Shown: positions 46,349 through 59,400 of the stretch, in pieces
Layout: each line of letters opens with the position of its first letter
Position numbering within the stretch: the first letter of the stretch is position 1
DNA from: Antedon mediterranea
Taxonomy: Eukaryota; Animalia; Echinodermata
Assembly (NCBI RefSeq): GCF_964355755.1
Contig: NC_092674.1
Location: 992,001 to 1,056,000, forward strand
DNA length: 64,000 bases
Direction of reading: 5' to 3'
Translations under genes and position numbers: made by a program
The notes under the pieces: generated by a model
Seen by the model: the letters and a program-made list of their open reading frames with translations, nothing else
The model's database searches: none
Told to the model about the DNA's origin: nothing

Positions 46349-47549
46349 GCGAGTTTTTTTTTCGTACATAAGTTGGGGACCCCTCATGAAACGTCACAAA
46401 ATAAACATGAATAATTCATTAGTTAATTTTTTTGTTCCGTGTCTACCCAAGCGTACGGACGTATAGCTAAAAGTGATTACAACTGCGATACGATTCTTTC
46501 TAGACCTAGGATTCTAGGTCAATTCATGTGATTGCCTTCTCGCACTCTTCTTCACACATACACCAACCTATGCAAAATGTGTCGAGGCTAATCGACAGCT
46601 AGGCAAGACACATTCAACTAAATAGTAATTAGACATAGCCCATAGAAAGCTTAGACCCACAAGAAGAATGTTTATAATTTGTGTACTGTAATTTTTTAAT
46701 TCTGCTATTTTATTATCAAACAATATGCATGTACTCAAAGGAACTTTAAAAATGCGCGTATATGAACACATGAGATGGAAAGATTAGAACCACGAGAATA
46801 AAAAATGTATTTTTGTGTAATGTAATTGTTTAAATTTGCTGACTTATTACTCGGACTGTGTCATACCTAACAGTAACACACACGTCACACCCACACAGAC
46901 TACTAGAATAATAATTAGGCCTAATAGTATTAATAGAAACTATAATTTTAACACGTAATTCTTTAGTAATACAATAATTATATTAAAAACTCTATCATAA
47001 ACTAAAGGCTGATTATTTCGACAATCCACACAAAACGCCGCTATTTTATGAAATCGCACGCCGCAACCACAGCGGAGATAGGCCTAGAATCGTATCGCAG
47101 TTGTGTCGTGTAATCACTTCTTGTTGTTATACGCTTGGGTGCACACGGAACAAGAAAATTTAACTGATGAATTATTCATGTTTATTTTGTGACGTTTCAT
47201 TAAGGGGTCCCCAACTTTGAGGGCGTGTGGCGCAGTGTGTTGGACGTTGGACTACCGATCGTCAGACCTAGGTTCGAATCCAACTCTCGCCGCATTGCTT
47301 GTATCCGTAGGCAAGATACTTTACTTACGTTGCCTCTCTCCACCCAGGTGTTTAAATGGGTACCCAGTTAGATCTAGACACAACTTTGCGCTGGTTACCG
47401 GCTGCATTATGGGAGTATGTTTCCATACGTGTTTGATCCCAAAAAATACTGGGGTAATAATGCTTGTAAAGCGCCTTTGAGCATGATTACTCATGAAAAG
47501 GGCGCTATATAAATGTGGTATTATTATTATGTACGAAAAAAAAAATCGC
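46349..47549. mobile_element. Mutator-like non-autonomous element with 9-bp TSD
   Basis: TSD ggccggacc both sides; GCG...CGC termini; TIR cgtacataagttggggacccc...atgaataattcat; right TIR split by a SINE. Confidence 0.85.
47219..47530 (+). mobile_element. tRNA-derived SINE with L2-like 3' tail
   Basis: A box tggcgcagtgtg, B box ggttcgaatcc, central ctctccacccaggtgtttaaatgggtacc domain, tail aaagcgcctttgag...gggcgctatataaat...(tta)n. Confidence 0.85.
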
Positions 47550-48788
47550 GGCCGGACCTTAAAATTTGATGAGGGACTTATGATAAAACTCGGAGTTTTT
47601 AATTAGAGACCTATACATGGCATTTGACACTGTAGATCTTGTGTAAATTTTATCTATTAAGTATAATAAACAGTAGTGCACTTCAACCGAATGAACAATG
47701 AATGATGTATTACTATTCCTGTATAATAATGTTATTTCAAAAGGTTCACATTATTAATCGACCAGTCGAGACGGTTGCATTCGATATGGTTTGATAATCA
47801 AGGCCTATTGTTTATTTATAGACTGTGATGGAGCCGCTTTGAGATGGAATTCATTGAAAATAAATAACATATATGATTTTGCAGATCTCATTTCATTATA
47901 TAAATATTTGATTTCAATTTTTTGAACTCAACCTGTTCTTTTAAAATTCATAATAAAAAATGAATTTTTCTCATTGACCAGGGAGTTGTAATTAACTAAC
48001 TAATTAATTACAACTCGCTGGTTCTTCTATGACGGGTCAAAATGTAACTTGCCTTACTGTTTCTTTATTATGTTGATTATTTGTTATCCACAAGTACCGT
48101 TGTTTGCCAATCCGGAAAGAAGAATTTCCTTGCTTGTAAGGTAATACTTAATTCAATAAAGTCATTTTAAAGATCTTTTGCATGATTTTTGGTAAATTGT
48201 GTATTGTGTAGGCGAAGGCTGGTAGAGGGGGCTTAAGTAAGCTAGCCTATCCATGCTTATCGTTGTAGTCTGAGTCGAGAAGAGAAACAATTATTCCATT
48301 AATTGCTGGAAACTAAATTGGATATTCTGAGTCGAACGCCATCTTGTTTGGACTTTTAAGAAGATTTTTGGAAGCCAAATTGGACATTGGAATGAAATAT
48401 ATAGTTCATGCAGAAAAGCAAAATTATTTGGATCAGTATTGAAAACAATGAAATATTGTTCAAGTTGTATACCTGGGAGTTGTTATGAAACAATGTACTG
48501 TTACTGAAAAAGAAATGTTTGGTTTATGTATTCCAGTAGTTTTCCAGTAGGCCTAGCATTCTCCACATTGTTGCTGTACCCTCCTAAATTATTTTCCCTT
48601 TCAACCACTTGCCTTCACACGCTTCTTGTTATGCTCTAATAGGCTTCTCACAATCTATTGATGAGATACCTAAAACGATGATTGGCTAATAATGCCTATT
48701 TTGTCGATCCACCTTTTTTATGGATTATAAGTACTGTTTAAATTGTAGCTTTATACATACCTGTGTGTTTGTTGTTTTTACCTTAATC

Positions 48789-49560
48789 ATGTTCAGTACT
48801 TTGCTGGTATTATTCCTAGCAGGATTGTTAGATTTTCCTTACACAGGTAACCGGTATTCATTTATTTCTCTATCAGCGCACAGGTTTTAATATTTAATTT
48901 ACAGTTTTTATGAACTTTTCTTTATAAGTAGAGGCAGTTTTCGAGGTTTTTTCGTTTCATAATTTGTTATAGGTAGGCCTAGTTAAAACTATTAGTACGT
49001 AAATGAAGCACACGATTGATGACTTTAAAACCGTATAAAGTTGTTCATTTCAGTTTTTGCTTTTTACAAGCTTTCTAAAATTAAATATATATTTTAAATA
49101 AAATATTAGTTTTTATATTCGCTCACAGTTGTTGGAGAAGAGGATAATAGACTGTACTTAGCAGTTTTTGACAAAGTGAAAGGAATGCTGGTATATTTTG
49201 GATTTCATCTAATCCAGAATTTTATGAAAATGACCAAAAATTAGACTAAAATTTACAAATATCCAATAAATATGTACATGCCGTCATCACCTGTGTCTAT
49301 GCGTTTTTCGGCGTTGGCAGTAACGTACCACGAACAGGCAAACCACAGGATAAATTTAACCCCTGATATTACTTCAGAATCTATGTTTTCGATACCAGAT
49401 ATTGAAAGCAGTAAATCTGGTCGAGTGGACGCTTTAGCGATTGACTGGTTGGCAAATAATGTGTACTGGGTAGATGAGGAGTAAAACTGGATCAAAATGA
49501 CCAACTATATGGGAGAAAGGGAAGCGGTGATTGCTGAGGTGGATATTGAGAGACCGTCTG
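48789..49560 (+). pseudogene. Truncated LRP-like paralog 3 (signal exon + disrupted second exon)
   Basis: Signal exon 48789-48846, then exon from ~49129 with frameshifts/deletions and stops (e.g. YWVDEE* at 49482); sequence switches at ~49561 to paralog-1-type 3'UTR. Confidence 0.85.
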
Positions 49561-49988
49561 GGTTTTATGACATAAATAAATAATGCTTTTATATTCGCGG
49601 AATGTTACAAGTAATTTCATTTGGTAAGATATGAAATTCCATTTGAAATCTTCTATCATTTTAATTTTCTTAGATTACATGAAAAATAGAATTTCATCTT
49701 TGATCTCATTCATTATTATTTATATATTAGCCTACTGCTAGACTTTTATTGTGTCGGCGCATACGCCTCCCACCTTGTCATATAAACGCAGAATGTACCG
49801 TAAAAAGAAGACATTTATTTAGATACATAGATAGATAGATAGATATTATGTATATATATAATTTATCTCATAACATTATATATATTATGTATAATACAAT
49901 ATGTTGGTTAACATCTTTGATTGGCTGATTTGTTTTATTATGTAATTTTGTGACTTATATAATTATGTTATCCTTTGTTACAATTCTC

Positions 49989-50027
49989 TTCACCTGATGA
50001 TTGGCTATGCCCGAAACATGTCGTAAA
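49989..50027 (+). ncRNA. Minimal hammerhead ribozyme motif (Penelope-associated type)
   Basis: ttcac-CTGATGA-tt-ggc-tat-gcc-c-GAAA-catg-TC-gtaaa: intact core, short stem II, palindromic stem III, GUC cleavage triplet, followed by AATAAA. Confidence 0.6.
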
Positions 50028-50223
50028 AATAAACTTATATTAAGGCAGTTTTAACTTTTTTGATTTTGATATTTTTTCTATATCCAGCCTATGCAGCTCT
50101 ATTTTTTTTTTATTTATTCGGTATATAAAAAATATATTACAAAATGACAGTCAAGGACTGACAAAATTAGTTAAAATTGCTATAAAAATAGAAACATTAA
50201 ATTTAACATTTAATTAAAATTAA

Positions 50224-50849
50224 AGCCCCATTCCCTACGTTTTTTAGATCTAATTTAAGATCACAAACTATATTTAATGTAAAAATAATACTATATGGTC
50301 CTATTGCGATAACTTTTTTCGTCTTTAAACGGTTAAAAATGTGAAAAATAAATCGATTTTAATAATTATAGCGGCCCGCTATAAATCCCAAAATGCATTG
50401 CGCGCGGATTGATATTGTTGTTTTTCACCTGTAATTCGCCCACTTTTCGATCGATCGTGAAGCCAAAACAAATGGAAGACTCCTAACTTTTCAGCGAAAA
50501 TACCGGGTTTTCCCCAATTTGTATCAACGGAGTCTGGCAAAAATAGAAAGACAATTAATGCAGCAACTATACAACGTCAGGCTAGGTATATAGCTAGCGT
50601 ACGATGTTCGTACGTTACCGATGTTTACCAGCTAGGCCTACAAAACTAAGCCTAGCTAGGCTAGGCCTGAGACCGTCCACGAGAGGTCGATCGCCGCGAG
50701 CTACTTAGGTAGTGCATTGTTTCTCACTTTTTATCATAATTTACCATAAAACGTACATTTAAGACAAGGAATGACATGGTTTAATGTTTTTAAAGTGATA
50801 TATATGTATTATTTTCCAAAAAACGTCCAAAATTGCAGGGAAGGGGTCT
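50224..50849. mobile_element. Kolobok-like MITE (TTAA TSD)
   Basis: ttaa|agccccattccctac ... gcagggaaggggtct|ttaa; absent from the duplicate region near 36470. Confidence 0.7.
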
Positions 50850-53455
50850 TTAAATATCGTACGATGAAATTAGAAAACATACATGAATAAAAACCTCAAA
50901 ACATTCACTTATGTGTACGTATACTGTTTAAGACGTAGAATACGTAGCAAGGGTTCAAATACGCAGAATGTAACCGCCAAATGTAAAAAGGCATAGTTCA
51001 TTATATTCAGGAACGACATTATTGTGGAAGGATACAAATAAGCATATTGCAGACTACGCGGACCTTAACCAAACAGACCGATACATGGAGCATTAGCATG
51101 GAAGAAATAAATAAACATTTCCTCCATGATACATTTTAAATGATATGATATTAGTAGTAATAATAATAATCATCATTTTGTATTTTATAAAGTTACCTTA
51201 TATTAAACATTTACTGTATATTCAGGATCTCTATAGTGATACATTCTTTGGTACTACCATTATTTAACTTAAGAAATCATAATGAACTATTTATCTCATA
51301 ACAATTTATAAACACCATTAAAAACGTACATAATAATTGTAATAAAAAATGTGCATCATAATAACTCTTTACTAACAAATATTCCAATCACCATCAACTA
51401 AAAATTGAAGTAAGTCATTTCACGAGTCTAAAATCGACGCCATGTTTCCTCATCAATTACATCTTCTATGTTCTATTCATTCATTCATTTCCATTTTGTC
51501 GGATAGCAAATCAATATAGAAATCATACAAAAAAAAGAAAAAACATTTAACCAGGAAATTAACAATAAAACAACAAAAAAACCTACAATATCCTAAAATA
51601 TTAATTTGTTTCAATGCTGATATACGGTCGTTTGGATTGTGAAAGTACGTTAACTGTGGTTTGAATCAGACTATTACAACTGTCATAAATTATGTTCTTA
51701 AAACTATGTATAGAGTTCCTCCAATAATCATAGAATGAGGGAACGGTATTCGTAACAAACATCATGCTAACTATAGTTTGTGAACCCAGCATCGCTTTGA
51801 TGGTTTGTGAAAATACTTGTTGACGAATAACCGATCAACACAATGGTGGAACTTGTGTAACACAAAGCCTGTGAACAAAGTTCGCACTATTGTTAATACC
51901 ATTGATATGCAAATAATACAACGCGTTTCTGCACATGCTCAGTTTTACTTTCAGGTGGTATGATGATATGCAAATATCTGTGTCTGTAGAATTGTCACCT
52001 ACAATATACTTTGGCAGGCAATTTTTGCTTTTCAAGGATGGGCGTAATATAGATTACTTTTCTGATAATGTTCCTACCCATTACTTTGACTATTTATATA
52101 TTACGATAAATACTAGTAAAATATGCCTCAAATGATGCACTATTAATTGTAAGTAGAAAATGGTCATATGTTTGTTAATCATTCGTGACGGTTTTATACA
52201 ATGGTTTGCTAATGTAGACCTATTGTATGCTAGAGTGACGCAGTGGCTTTGAAAGTAGACACTTTACATATCCATTCCAGTATATAAATATTTGATTTCA
52301 GATGATATATTTTAAAGAGGACTAGCCTACGTAACTTTTACATTATTTAGCAGACTTGGCGCATTACCAATTTTTTAAATTGACTGCTCCTCTTTGCTTT
52401 TTAAACCACCCGTACCTGTTTGTTTTGCTACTCAGTACACTTAATTACAGTAATATATATAACGTAACGGGCGTTTCTTAAAACGATTTTTTGCATTATT
52501 TTGGATGGTAAATTGTATATTTTGTAGACCTAAGTTAGTGGACGACTTCACTAAGTTATAGCCTGCAGTGATTGTTGTAGTCGATAAGGACAAATCTAAC
52601 TTTAAGCAAAATACATCTCATTACTGGGCTAAATTGAACAGTCAAAAAGTCAAGTTATTAATAACTATTCGTTAATGGAATCCAAATTGGACATTAGAAG
52701 GAAATCTCATACAGTATAAAAACAATGGCATGGTTTTGTAAATACTATATTGAACGGCATGTAATTCATTCAAATTAATTCAATCTCTTTGGTAATTACA
52801 AGTTTTTGCTGATATTTAATCTTTTGATGGTTCTATCAATGGTATAAACGATTACATTAGTTTGAAACACTTTTTGTTCTATGTCGTGTTACATGGCTGA
52901 TGTTGAGAATAAATTCATAACTCTCATTTAAGGAAAACCATTTCGCTCTCTGACGGATAAGTCATCTATTTTATATCGTGCTTTATTCCATTAATAATAT
53001 GATAATTAATAATAATGGGTTTTGTTTTGAGGATAAAAAATTGAAGTTATGGATATCTGGTAAATTTCATTATTTTTAGCACTTGGATGGTGAAAGAATA
53101 TTCAAAGTTGGTAAGTTAAGATTTAAAAAGTATGTCATTTTCTTTTTATTTTCTATCGCTATTTGTTTGTACCATGCTACGTGATTTGTATTGTTTATTT
53201 TATTTCCGTAACATGCGCAATATGATTTACTCCCTAAATTAGTTTTACGCTATTTGCTAACACTTCTACCACTTTACTGTTTTATGCTCTGATAGGTTTT
53301 TCACAATCCAAGGAGGAAATACATCAAAATTATTAGCTATTGTAGTATAAATTAGCTGATCCACCCATTATGAGTACTGTATAAAACTGTAGATTTTGTA
53401 GTTATAACACACAACTTTATATAATTATACGTACGTGTTTGTACCTACCTTCATC

Positions 53456-56400
53456 ATGTTCAGTACCTACCGGATATTTCTAGTAGGAATATTAGATTTT
53501 CTTTACACAGGTAATCATTGTTCATCTATTTCTCAAATGTTTTAAAAATCATAGGCCTCCACCTCTTATTGTATTCATGATTTGTTATGAAAAATAAACA
53601 TTTTTATATTTTGTTCACAGTTAATGGAGACGATAACAGACTATACTTAGCCATATTTGACCAAAGTAGGTCTAATGCTGCCATTTTTTGGATTTCATCT
53701 AATCCAGAAGTTTATGAAAATGACCGAAATTTAGAATTTGAAAAACTTTACACAGTTCCACGTCCTCCGTACATACTTGCCTTTCGGTTCTCGGCGTTGG
53801 CAGTCGATTACCACGACGGAAATGTCACATTCCACGAGCTGACCAACCATTGGATATACATGGCCTCTGATATTACTGCAGAATCGGATTACTCAATACC
53901 ATCGATTGAAGCTGGTACATATGGCAGAGTGAATGGTTTGGCGATTGACTGGTTAGCGAAAAATGTGTACTGGGTGGATGAGGGGTACAACTGGATCAAA
54001 ATGACAAACTATATGGGAGAAGGAGAAGTCACCATTGCTGATGTGAATATTGAAAGACCCTCTGGAATAGCTTGTTATCCTCACAAAGGGTAAGTATTGT
54101 GAGAAGAAAGAAATTTACTTAAATATACTCTAATCTAATGGTTGATGAAAAGTAAACAAACGTATGTATTAATTAGGCATATGAACACCGTAAAACCACC
54201 TCGGCAAAGAGCAAAACATAACTAAACTAATAATTTTGTAGCCTATAATAAAATAAATAAATAATGATAATAATAAAAATATTAATGCGTAAATAGGGGA
54301 TGTATTTTGTTGAAATATCAAGAGTAAATTTTAAAATATTACGCTTATTGAAAAGTCTTGAAAAGCAAAAAGACAAAAAACAATATAATATAAATTATTT
54401 TCTTAATGAAAATAACCTATTTTGAGCTTGAAGAGAAATTACCGGTTCTTGTATAAAACCAGGATGTAACATATCGGAATTCAAATTAAACAAACAAAAA
54501 ACAAAAAAAGATTCTAGTAGATAATGACACCGCACCATTTAACATTTTGTGGACAAAAGAACCAATCAAGTTTTTAGGGATATTTATTGGTTACGATACC
54601 AAACAAATTGGGATGATAACATTTTAAAATTTAAAAAAAATACATTAAAAATTATATACAACGATAGTATAATAGATGTACCAATGTATTCCCTGTTGTT
54701 AAAAAGGAAATTTTTAAATTTTCTATGGGGAAGAAGAAGTGAACAAATAAAAAATGGTTAAAGAATGATACGTTTTTTATATTAGATTAAATAAAAGTGG
54801 GAAGAATCCACAAAAGACAAAAAAAAAAATTAAAAATAAATAAATAAAACCAGGATTTTCACTTCAAATAGGCCTACTAACATTGATTGTTAATAAGGTT
54901 GACTTTTAATTGTGTCTCAAAAGTTATCTATTCTGGACCGAGTTAGGAGACCAATATCCACCGAAGATTGAAAGATCAACAATGGCGGGACACAACCGAA
55001 TTATAATCGTTGATGGGCTGACTGAACCGAGGTCTATAGCTGTAGACACGATACTAGGCAGGTAACGCTTTGATTGTGTACACTAAAACACATATATTTC
55101 CTATGACATATTATTATTTTTTGTCATGTCATTCTTGGGTATTTTCAGAAAAATGCCAAGATCAATGGTAAGATCCATTCAACTGCTAAATAAAACAATT
55201 GAGATTTTAATGGATTGTAATTAAAAATTAAATTATTATGGATGGAAAGAATCTATAATTAAGATTTATGATTAAGTTTTTTTTTTGACGAATACATTAA
55301 ATTACCAAGAAAGAAAATATTCGGCATTTAGCGAGAGACGTTTTCTTCTCTATATGTATAGTTAAATAGGTCTATTAAAAAAATTTAAGCAAGTTCTGTT
55401 ACTGGTTAGCCCTTCACAAGTGTTTGCTTTAAGCAAGTTCTGTTACTGGTTAGCCCTTCACAAGTGTTTGCTTTAAGCAAGTTCTGTTACTGGGTAGCCC
55501 TTCACAAGTGTTTGCTTTAAGCAAGTTCTGTTACTGGGTAGCCCTTCACAAGTGTTTGCTTTAAGTAAGTTCTGTTACTGGTTAGCCCTTCACAAGTTTT
55601 TGCTTTCTGAGATTTCGCTCTTTCTAATTTTCTGCATAAAAACTGTTAAATGATTACTAATGTTAGTAAAAAATACCTGAAAATTGTTCATGTGAAAACT
55701 GGCAATTATTTGCTTTATAATTTTACAGTGCTAACTCAAAATGAAAGATAGTTTTGCCTAAACAATAATACCAACACTTAAAAGCCTGCAAATGAAATTT
55801 CGATGCTTTTAGTTTTTTATGTTGTAATTTCCTGTCTCTAAAAGCATAGGGTAAATTTCGGGTAAAGTTCTTCATGGTTGAATACAATGCACTATTTGAT
55901 GCACTTGAGTGCTTGTAAAATGGTTTCGTAAAACTGTGATTTCTAGCTTGATTTAACCAATCCTTTCGACACAACTGCGAAATTATGCAACTGTCAAAAT
56001 TATTATTAAAAAATAATTAATTTATCAGAATTTATTGGACTGACAATACTGCAAATGAAATTAAAGTTGAATCTTCTGATCTTAACGGTAATGGAAGACG
56101 AACTGAAGTATCGGAACCAACTTCTCAGGGTGTATTTGATAGTATTGCAGTAGATGAAGTGAGTAACATACTAATTACCAAAGTCTCTGGGTGTATTTGA
56201 TAGTATATTGCTGTGGATGAAGTGAGTAACATAATATCATATTATAATCTTTCATATTTTTTGCAAGCAGATATGACAATGATATCCAGTAATACTTTTT
56301 ATACCAATTTTTTAAAGTTACATTTAACCAACTCGTAGACGTATATATTTGTCGGTGGATCATCTTCGATCTTCGAAGATTTTATGCGTTATTACAGCAA

Positions 56401-59400
56401 AGTTTCTCCAAATGTATTGGTATTCGAGTATGAGTTTGGTAGCGAGATCGACCTGTACGATTTATGTATTGCTGGTCCTAACATCCAATCACAACCCGTA
56501 ACGTGTAAGTAAATTCACTTTCTCGATTTATAACTATGTAATCTGATTTATTACTTCAAAATGTGACGTCATTGTATGCTTAAATGAGTACCAAGTAATG
56601 TGACATACAGTTTCCACAAAAATGAATGATTTATTTTTAGACTTTTGCTCAGTTCTCTTTTAAATTTAAACTTATGAATGTTATTGAGGGATATTTTTTG
56701 TCTTAACTAAGTATTGGGAAGCACTACCGTGCACTTTTTTAAACATGCAAAAACGACATTAGTGTAGTGCTTTACTTCTAAAAAATGTACTGATCATAAA
56801 TCCTTAGTAACAATAAGAAATACAGATACACACAATTAGTAGACTCAGCGCTTACAATTCCTTGTTGTCATTTCAGCACCGTGCGATGGTAATACCTGCG
56901 AACACACTGTGTATCAGCGGCAGCCAACAACAACCACGAGTGTTTGTGTCGAGATGATTACGTATTAAACCAGAATGGAACGTGTAGTATTGGTGCGTAC
57001 TATATTTTATACATAAACTATTGCTAATTGGAACCAAGAGTTGAATAAAACATGTCTTTAACGAAAGACCCTAGCTCAAAAACTACCTTCTAGATAATAC
57101 ATATTTTGATGGTGCAAACAATTAAATTTATGATGCTTGTATATAATTACTCTATCATAAGAAAGTAGAAAATGTAATTGGTCACCTGAGAGTAATGGTA
57201 TGTGACTTATGTTATAAAATTGTATAGAAAACGTAAACCAATTCTTTGAATGTTCCTTTTACAAAGGAGGAGAAAACCATGGAAGTAAAGCTGCAATTGC
57301 AATATGACATATTCAATAACATTTGGTACTTAATATCTCTAATACAGAAGTCAAAATGCATCTAACGCTGGGAAGTGACCACCAATTTAATAATAAACAA
57401 GCTCAGCTTAATTACTTTTTTATAAGTTTTGTAAATTAAATATACTCAAATTTATTTTGGATCAAACGCCCTACTTTTCTTGCTAGTCGTTATACTTTAT
57501 TATTTTCTCTACCGATTCTGTTCTGCAGCGAAATACCATGTTTAGTTTCTTCTAATGTCTGTAATTGTTCATGTTTATATATATTTTGTTTTCAGTATAT
57601 AAACAGACTAAAATCTTTAACTCTTTGTTTGATAGATAAATCAATATATTACCCGCCGTATTGCGTGATAGGACAAACAGACGCCATATCCACATTTGAT
57701 CCAACTATACTGCACCATGATTGGCTATCATTTCATGGAGTAGATGCCTACATTCACAATTTGTTTAGTGGATCACCTCCATATGTGACGACAGCATTAG
57801 TGGTTGACACACACAGTAACTTGTTGTTTTTTGCTGACTATTTGGAAAAGGAAATATTTGTCGTAAAAGTGAAAGCGGGGGAGTTCCGAATTTTAATACA
57901 TAAATACAATACAGGGCAGGTTGAGGGTAAACTTTTTCGTTGTATTGCTTCATAAAGGTATCAAAGTACAATATATTTTATAAATGATGTTGAAGAAAGT
58001 AGACATTAATATATTTTACTTTCAAGATCATGTAATTGTAGCTAAACGGCCTTAGGTCTATGTGTAAAATTTACACATAGGCTGTTATAATATGTATATT
58101 GTTTTCTTCGTTCTTTCAAAACAGCAGCATAAAATAATGTTATGATTTTATTATAGGCATGGCGGTTGACTGGCTAACACTAACCCTGTATTATGTTGAC
58201 TACGTAACCGAGAGTCGAGGATCTATGACGTACGATGGAAAAGGTTTAACCACCAAATATGACGTCACTAAACCAACGGCACTTGTGGTAGATCCTTTCG
58301 CAAGGTACAGGGCTTAATATTTCCGATCTACAGATTATCCAGTCAAGATGTAAAAACTAATTAAATAAATCTATATCAATGTTACTCAACAGGTATATGT
58401 TTTGGACAGAAGAAACCTCACCTGCCAAGCTAGTTAGAAGTGATTTAGATTTTAAAAATCGAAGAGATCTGACGGATATAGGTCTCCAGCATCCAACAGG
58501 AATGACAATTGATCTAAAGGTGAATAGGTGAGAATCCCATAATAATATGCAACAAGATCATTTAGGCAATCCTCGTGTGTGCCACGTGATCTCTAGCCTA
58601 CTTTTATCATTCATTTAATCATTCCATTCAATCATGGCTAACGGCTCGTGACTGCAATGATGAATCGCCAAGTAGGCCTACTCGGTCTTCAGTAAGTTGA
58701 TATATTATAATGTACGTGTAGGTTTTTATTCTATCAAACCATCTTGACTTTTGGCGTCATAAATGTCTTTTCTAGAAATATGTCCGAAGTATAGTGTTAT
58801 TGAGTGATCGAAATTACAATTTAGATTTTATTTTTCCTGAAGAATTTACATGGTTGGATCAGACAGACGTGTAATACTATTTTTTGCTACATTTAAAGAG
58901 CAGATGAATGGTATGAACCACCAGAAAGAAAATGTCACTGAGTTTTTCCTATATGAAATATATAAATGTTTAACTCCCGCATAGGCCTACTTTTTAAATT
59001 ATTATTTTTTTACATTTTTTCCTAAAGGATTTACATGGTTGGATCAGACAGTAGACTGATATATTCAATTGATTACGAAGAAAACAATAAACAAATTATT
59101 GGAAGAAGTAAATATGTGGCCATAGATATTACTAACTATCAGGTAAAATAGCATACTGTTATCAACTGAAGCTTTGAAAACAGTGATCACCCCAATAAAG
59201 GTTCAGCTGGAATTTATTATGGACAATAATATACTCGATCTTTCCATTCTAGGATAAGAAGTTAAATCCAGAAGATAAGCCCAATGAATGAAACACAAAT
59301 GAATAATGTGTGTAACATTAATCCCAATGTAGAATCCCACAATTTTCTATACGCAATACAGACATTTGACATTTCATAAGACATATAGGGCGATGCATTT

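Noticed and set aside
47219-47292. tRNA gene
   Set aside because: A/B boxes present but no proper cloverleaf, and it continues into a SINE body and LINE-like tail.
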